Source: Dehalococcoidia bacterium (GTDB taxonomy: Bacteria; Chloroflexota; Dehalococcoidia; UBA2979). Taken from it: 64,000 nt of DNA. The notes under the pieces are model-generated. The model ran no database searches, was not told the DNA's origin, and was given only the letters and a program-made list of their open reading frames with translations. The position numbers were made by a program, and so were the translations under genes. Within the stretch, counting starts at the first letter, position 1. Each line of letters opens with the position of its first letter. This document shows positions 61,741-64,000 of the stretch, in pieces. The stretch spans positions 1,053-65,052 of the forward strand of contig DASCRM010000017.1 of assembly GCA_034406555.1 (NCBI GenBank). Reading direction: 5' to 3'.

Positions 61741-62201
61741 ATGCCTCGCCGGTCGTTCTGGTGGCCGTCTCGGAGGCCGAGTACGAGGACTTCTTCGCGA
61801 TGCTGGAGGTCTACGATCAGGAGCTTCAGGCTTACGAGACCGTGCCCGGCAACGAGGTCGAGTTCGCGATCTACCGCCAGACGATCCTCGATGACATGGA
61901 GGGGCGCGAGCTGCTGTGGGTGATGCTGGGCGACGACCGCGTCGGCTTCGTGATGACGCGCAGCTCGAAGGACTGGCCGGAGGGCGACACGATCATGTCG
62001 ATCGTGGAGTTCTACGTCGTCCCGCACCGTCGTCGCGGCGGCGTCGGCCGCGCAGCCGTCGAGGCGCTGCTCGCCGACCATCGCGACCGCGGCACGTTCG
62101 TCGTGCAGGCCTCGATCATGCGCGAGAACAAAGCTGCGAGGGACTTCTGGGCCACGCTAGGCTTCGAGGTGCAGTTCCTCCAGACCTCGCGCAGGCCGTA
62201 G
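61737..62201 (+). CDS. GNAT-family N-acetyltransferase
   Basis: FYVVPHRRRGGVGRAAVEALL (motif A). The start overlaps the upstream stop (ATGA). Confidence 0.8.
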   Translation: MNASPVVLVAVSEAEYEDFFAMLEVYDQELQAYETVPGNEVEFAIYRQTILDDMEGRELLWVMLGDDRVGFVMTRSSKDWPEGDTIMSIVEFYVVPHRRRGGVGRAAVEALLADHRDRGTFVVQASIMRENKAARDFWATLGFEVQFLQTSRRP

Positions 62202-62258
62202 GCTACGCACAACGCGCTACGGCCGAACGCGCGAGGTCGGGCGAACGAAGGATCTGCG

Positions 62259-63179
62259 ATGCTCTGGGACGTTCACTGCCACTTCCCGCGGAACTGGGAA
62301 AACCCGGACGACCCGCGGTACGAGCAGGCGGTCGATTCACGAGCAGACGCGCTGCGCGCCGCCGGTGTAACACGCGCCTCGCTGCTCTGTAGCGGCCGCT
62401 TCGGCCTCACCCACGAGGACGCGCTCACCTACGCGCGACGGCACGAGGACCTCTTCCTCCCCTCGGCACAGCTCGACCCGGAGGACACCATCCCACAAGA
62501 GCTGCGGCGGCTGCATGAGATCGGCTACCGCGGCATCAAGATCAGCGGTGTGCGCCGCCCGTATGACGATTACAAGTACTTCCCGCTCTACCAGACCGCC
62601 GAAGAGCTGAACATGCCGATCCTCTTCCATCTGGGTGTGATCGGCGGCGGCATCGACTACCAGATCACACACCCCCGCCGCGACCCGAAGGCCGCACAGT
62701 CGATCCGGCGTCAGCGCGAGATGGCGGAGGAGGCGCGCAAGAACCCCGGCGGCGGCGGCCCGTTCCGCCGAGGCGGAATGCGCGACATCTCTGCGACGCG
62801 CATGAAGCCCTTCCAGCTGGACACGCTCGCCAACAACTTCCCGGAGCTACGCATGATCGGCGCGCACCTGGGCGGCACCGGCAACTACGACGAGGCCGCC
62901 TCCGTCGCTCGCTGGCGGCACAACGTCTACTTCGACCTCTCCGGCGGCGAGACGATCGAACGCCACGCGGTCGAGCGCCGCATCGTCGGGCACGAGATCG
63001 GCGTCGAGAAACTGACATGGGGCTCTGACTGCGGCACCGACGAGATCGCAGACCACGTCGTACGCCTCGAACAGGTCTTCGAGCAGTCAAAGCTCACCGA
63101 TGACGAGAGCGACCGCATTCGCTACTGGAACGCGGCGGAGATGTTCGGCGAGGCGAAACCGACCCTCGCGGCGGAGTAA
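62259..63179 (+). CDS. amidohydrolase-family (TIM-barrel metal-dependent hydrolase) protein
   Basis: MLWDVHCHFP (HxH), GIKISG, IGAHLGG, WGSDCG. Confidence 0.75.
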   Translation: MLWDVHCHFPRNWENPDDPRYEQAVDSRADALRAAGVTRASLLCSGRFGLTHEDALTYARRHEDLFLPSAQLDPEDTIPQELRRLHEIGYRGIKISGVRRPYDDYKYFPLYQTAEELNMPILFHLGVIGGGIDYQITHPRRDPKAAQSIRRQREMAEEARKNPGGGGPFRRGGMRDISATRMKPFQLDTLANNFPELRMIGAHLGGTGNYDEAASVARWRHNVYFDLSGGETIERHAVERRIVGHEIGVEKLTWGSDCGTDEIADHVVRLEQVFEQSKLTDDESDRIRYWNAAEMFGEAKPTLAAE

Positions 63180-63182
63180 GCA

Positions 63183-64000
63183 GTGACCGACGACCGCGAG
63201 CTGCCGGGTGACGACGCCGACACCGACGCAACGAGCGTCGAGGAGCATCCGGCAGCCGACCAGTCACCATCCGAGATGGCCGGGCGATTCAAGGCCGTCC
63301 CCGCAACCCCGCCCGCGTTCACCTCACGCCGCATGGGCGCGGCGGCACTGCCGATCAACGGGCCACTGCTCACGCTCACGCTGCTGATGACCGTGATCTT
63401 CCTGATGTTTCTGCTGATCGAACCGACCCCTCGCTGGATCGCACTCTTCGGTGGCGTGGTCGCAGCACTCTCGCTCGATGGGATCCTGCGCAGCCAGCGA
63501 CGCGAACCGTTCGAGAACGGCGCGGACGCGACGCCGTATCTCTTCCTACCCGCCCTCTTCGCGGTTACCGTCCCGGTCTTCGCGGAGCACAACGTGCGCG
63601 ACTTCTGGGCCGCCCCCGTCGCGATCGCCGCCGGTATCGGCTTCGGTGCGGTGGCCGTCGCGGAGGTCGCTTCGGTGCGGGGGTTCGACCCCGCGCGTAA
63701 CGTCGGACGCTTCATCGCGGCCGGCGCAACCTACTTCGTCGCCTTTGCGCTCTACGCGCTCACCTACCGCTTCGGGCTGGGCCTGCCGGAGTCGATTGCC
63801 GCCGTGGCACTCGTCTCCGCACTGCTCTCAATCGAACTACTGCACGAGGGGGAGGTCGACCCGCTGGAGACCCTGCTCTTCGCCGCCGTCACCGCGATCG
63901 CCGTCGCGGAAGTGCGCTGGGCGCTGCACTTCCTCCCGCTCGATGGCTACCTCGCCGGGCTCGCGCTGCTGCTCTCGTTCTATTTCGTCACCGGCCTGCT
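63183..64000 (+). CDS. hypothetical polytopic membrane protein, 3' end off window
   Basis: Absent from the ORF track because there is no stop. My translation from GTG 63183 gives VTDDRELPGDDADTDATSVEEH...LLTLTLLMTVIFLMFLLIEP...VAIAAGIGFGAVAVAEV...ATYFVAFALYALTY... with high GC3. ORF 63122..63715 (minus) is its antisense shadow. Confidence 0.6.
   Translation, partial: MTDDRELPGDDADTDATSVEEHPAADQSPSEMAGRFKAVPATPPAFTSRRMGAAALPINGPLLTLTLLMTVIFLMFLLIEPTPRWIALFGGVVAALSLDGILRSQRREPFENGADATPYLFLPALFAVTVPVFAEHNVRDFWAAPVAIAAGIGFGAVAVAEVASVRGFDPARNVGRFIAAGATYFVAFALYALTYRFGLGLPESIAAVALVSALLSIELLHEGEVDPLETLLFAAVTAIAVAEVRWALHFLPLDGYLAGLALLLSFYFVTGL

Overview
GC-rich bacterial chromosomal segment in which third codon positions are almost all G/C. 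It is densely coding, with about 65 protein genes. I recognised no rRNA, tRNA, CRISPR array, transposase or integrase. The taxon guess is low confidence: a high-GC Chloroflexota (Thermomicrobia-like) or similar lineage. All calls rest on motif recognition by eye, with no database search. ORF-track coordinates include the stop codon, and many long ORFs in the track are antisense shadows typical of high-GC DNA. Housekeeping content includes cobB, fabF, a cyclophilin, thyX, nfo, dut, plsY, an IscU-like scaffold, a cysteine desulfurase, pth, mfd, a nuoI-nuoG pair and a Mo-hydroxylase cluster (FAD/2Fe-2S/Moco subunits plus mocA). The most interesting features are these. (1) CoA-thioester genes are unusually concentrated. 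A carboxyltransferase, a 70-aa BCCP and a single-chain double family-III CoA-transferase form one operon. A split A/B CoA-transferase pair is coupled to an oxalyl-CoA decarboxylase/2-hydroxyacyl-CoA lyase-like ThDP enzyme. A split ADP-forming acyl-CoA synthetase is also present. (2) Two MFS transporters each carry a disordered tail of about 280-290 aa with shared Tyr-containing motifs and a terminal TM anchor. (3) Three adjacent CxxC proteins (TlpA-like, DUF3179, glutaredoxin-like) sit together. (4) At least six reading-frame lesions lie in accessory or regulatory genes (cyclase, pseudo-receiver with a C12 tract, P450, GNAT, Grx-like, one hypothetical), while long core genes are intact. (5) There are several perfect GC-rich hairpins, including a 52-nt palindrome. 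I could not identify a canonical defence or mobile system.
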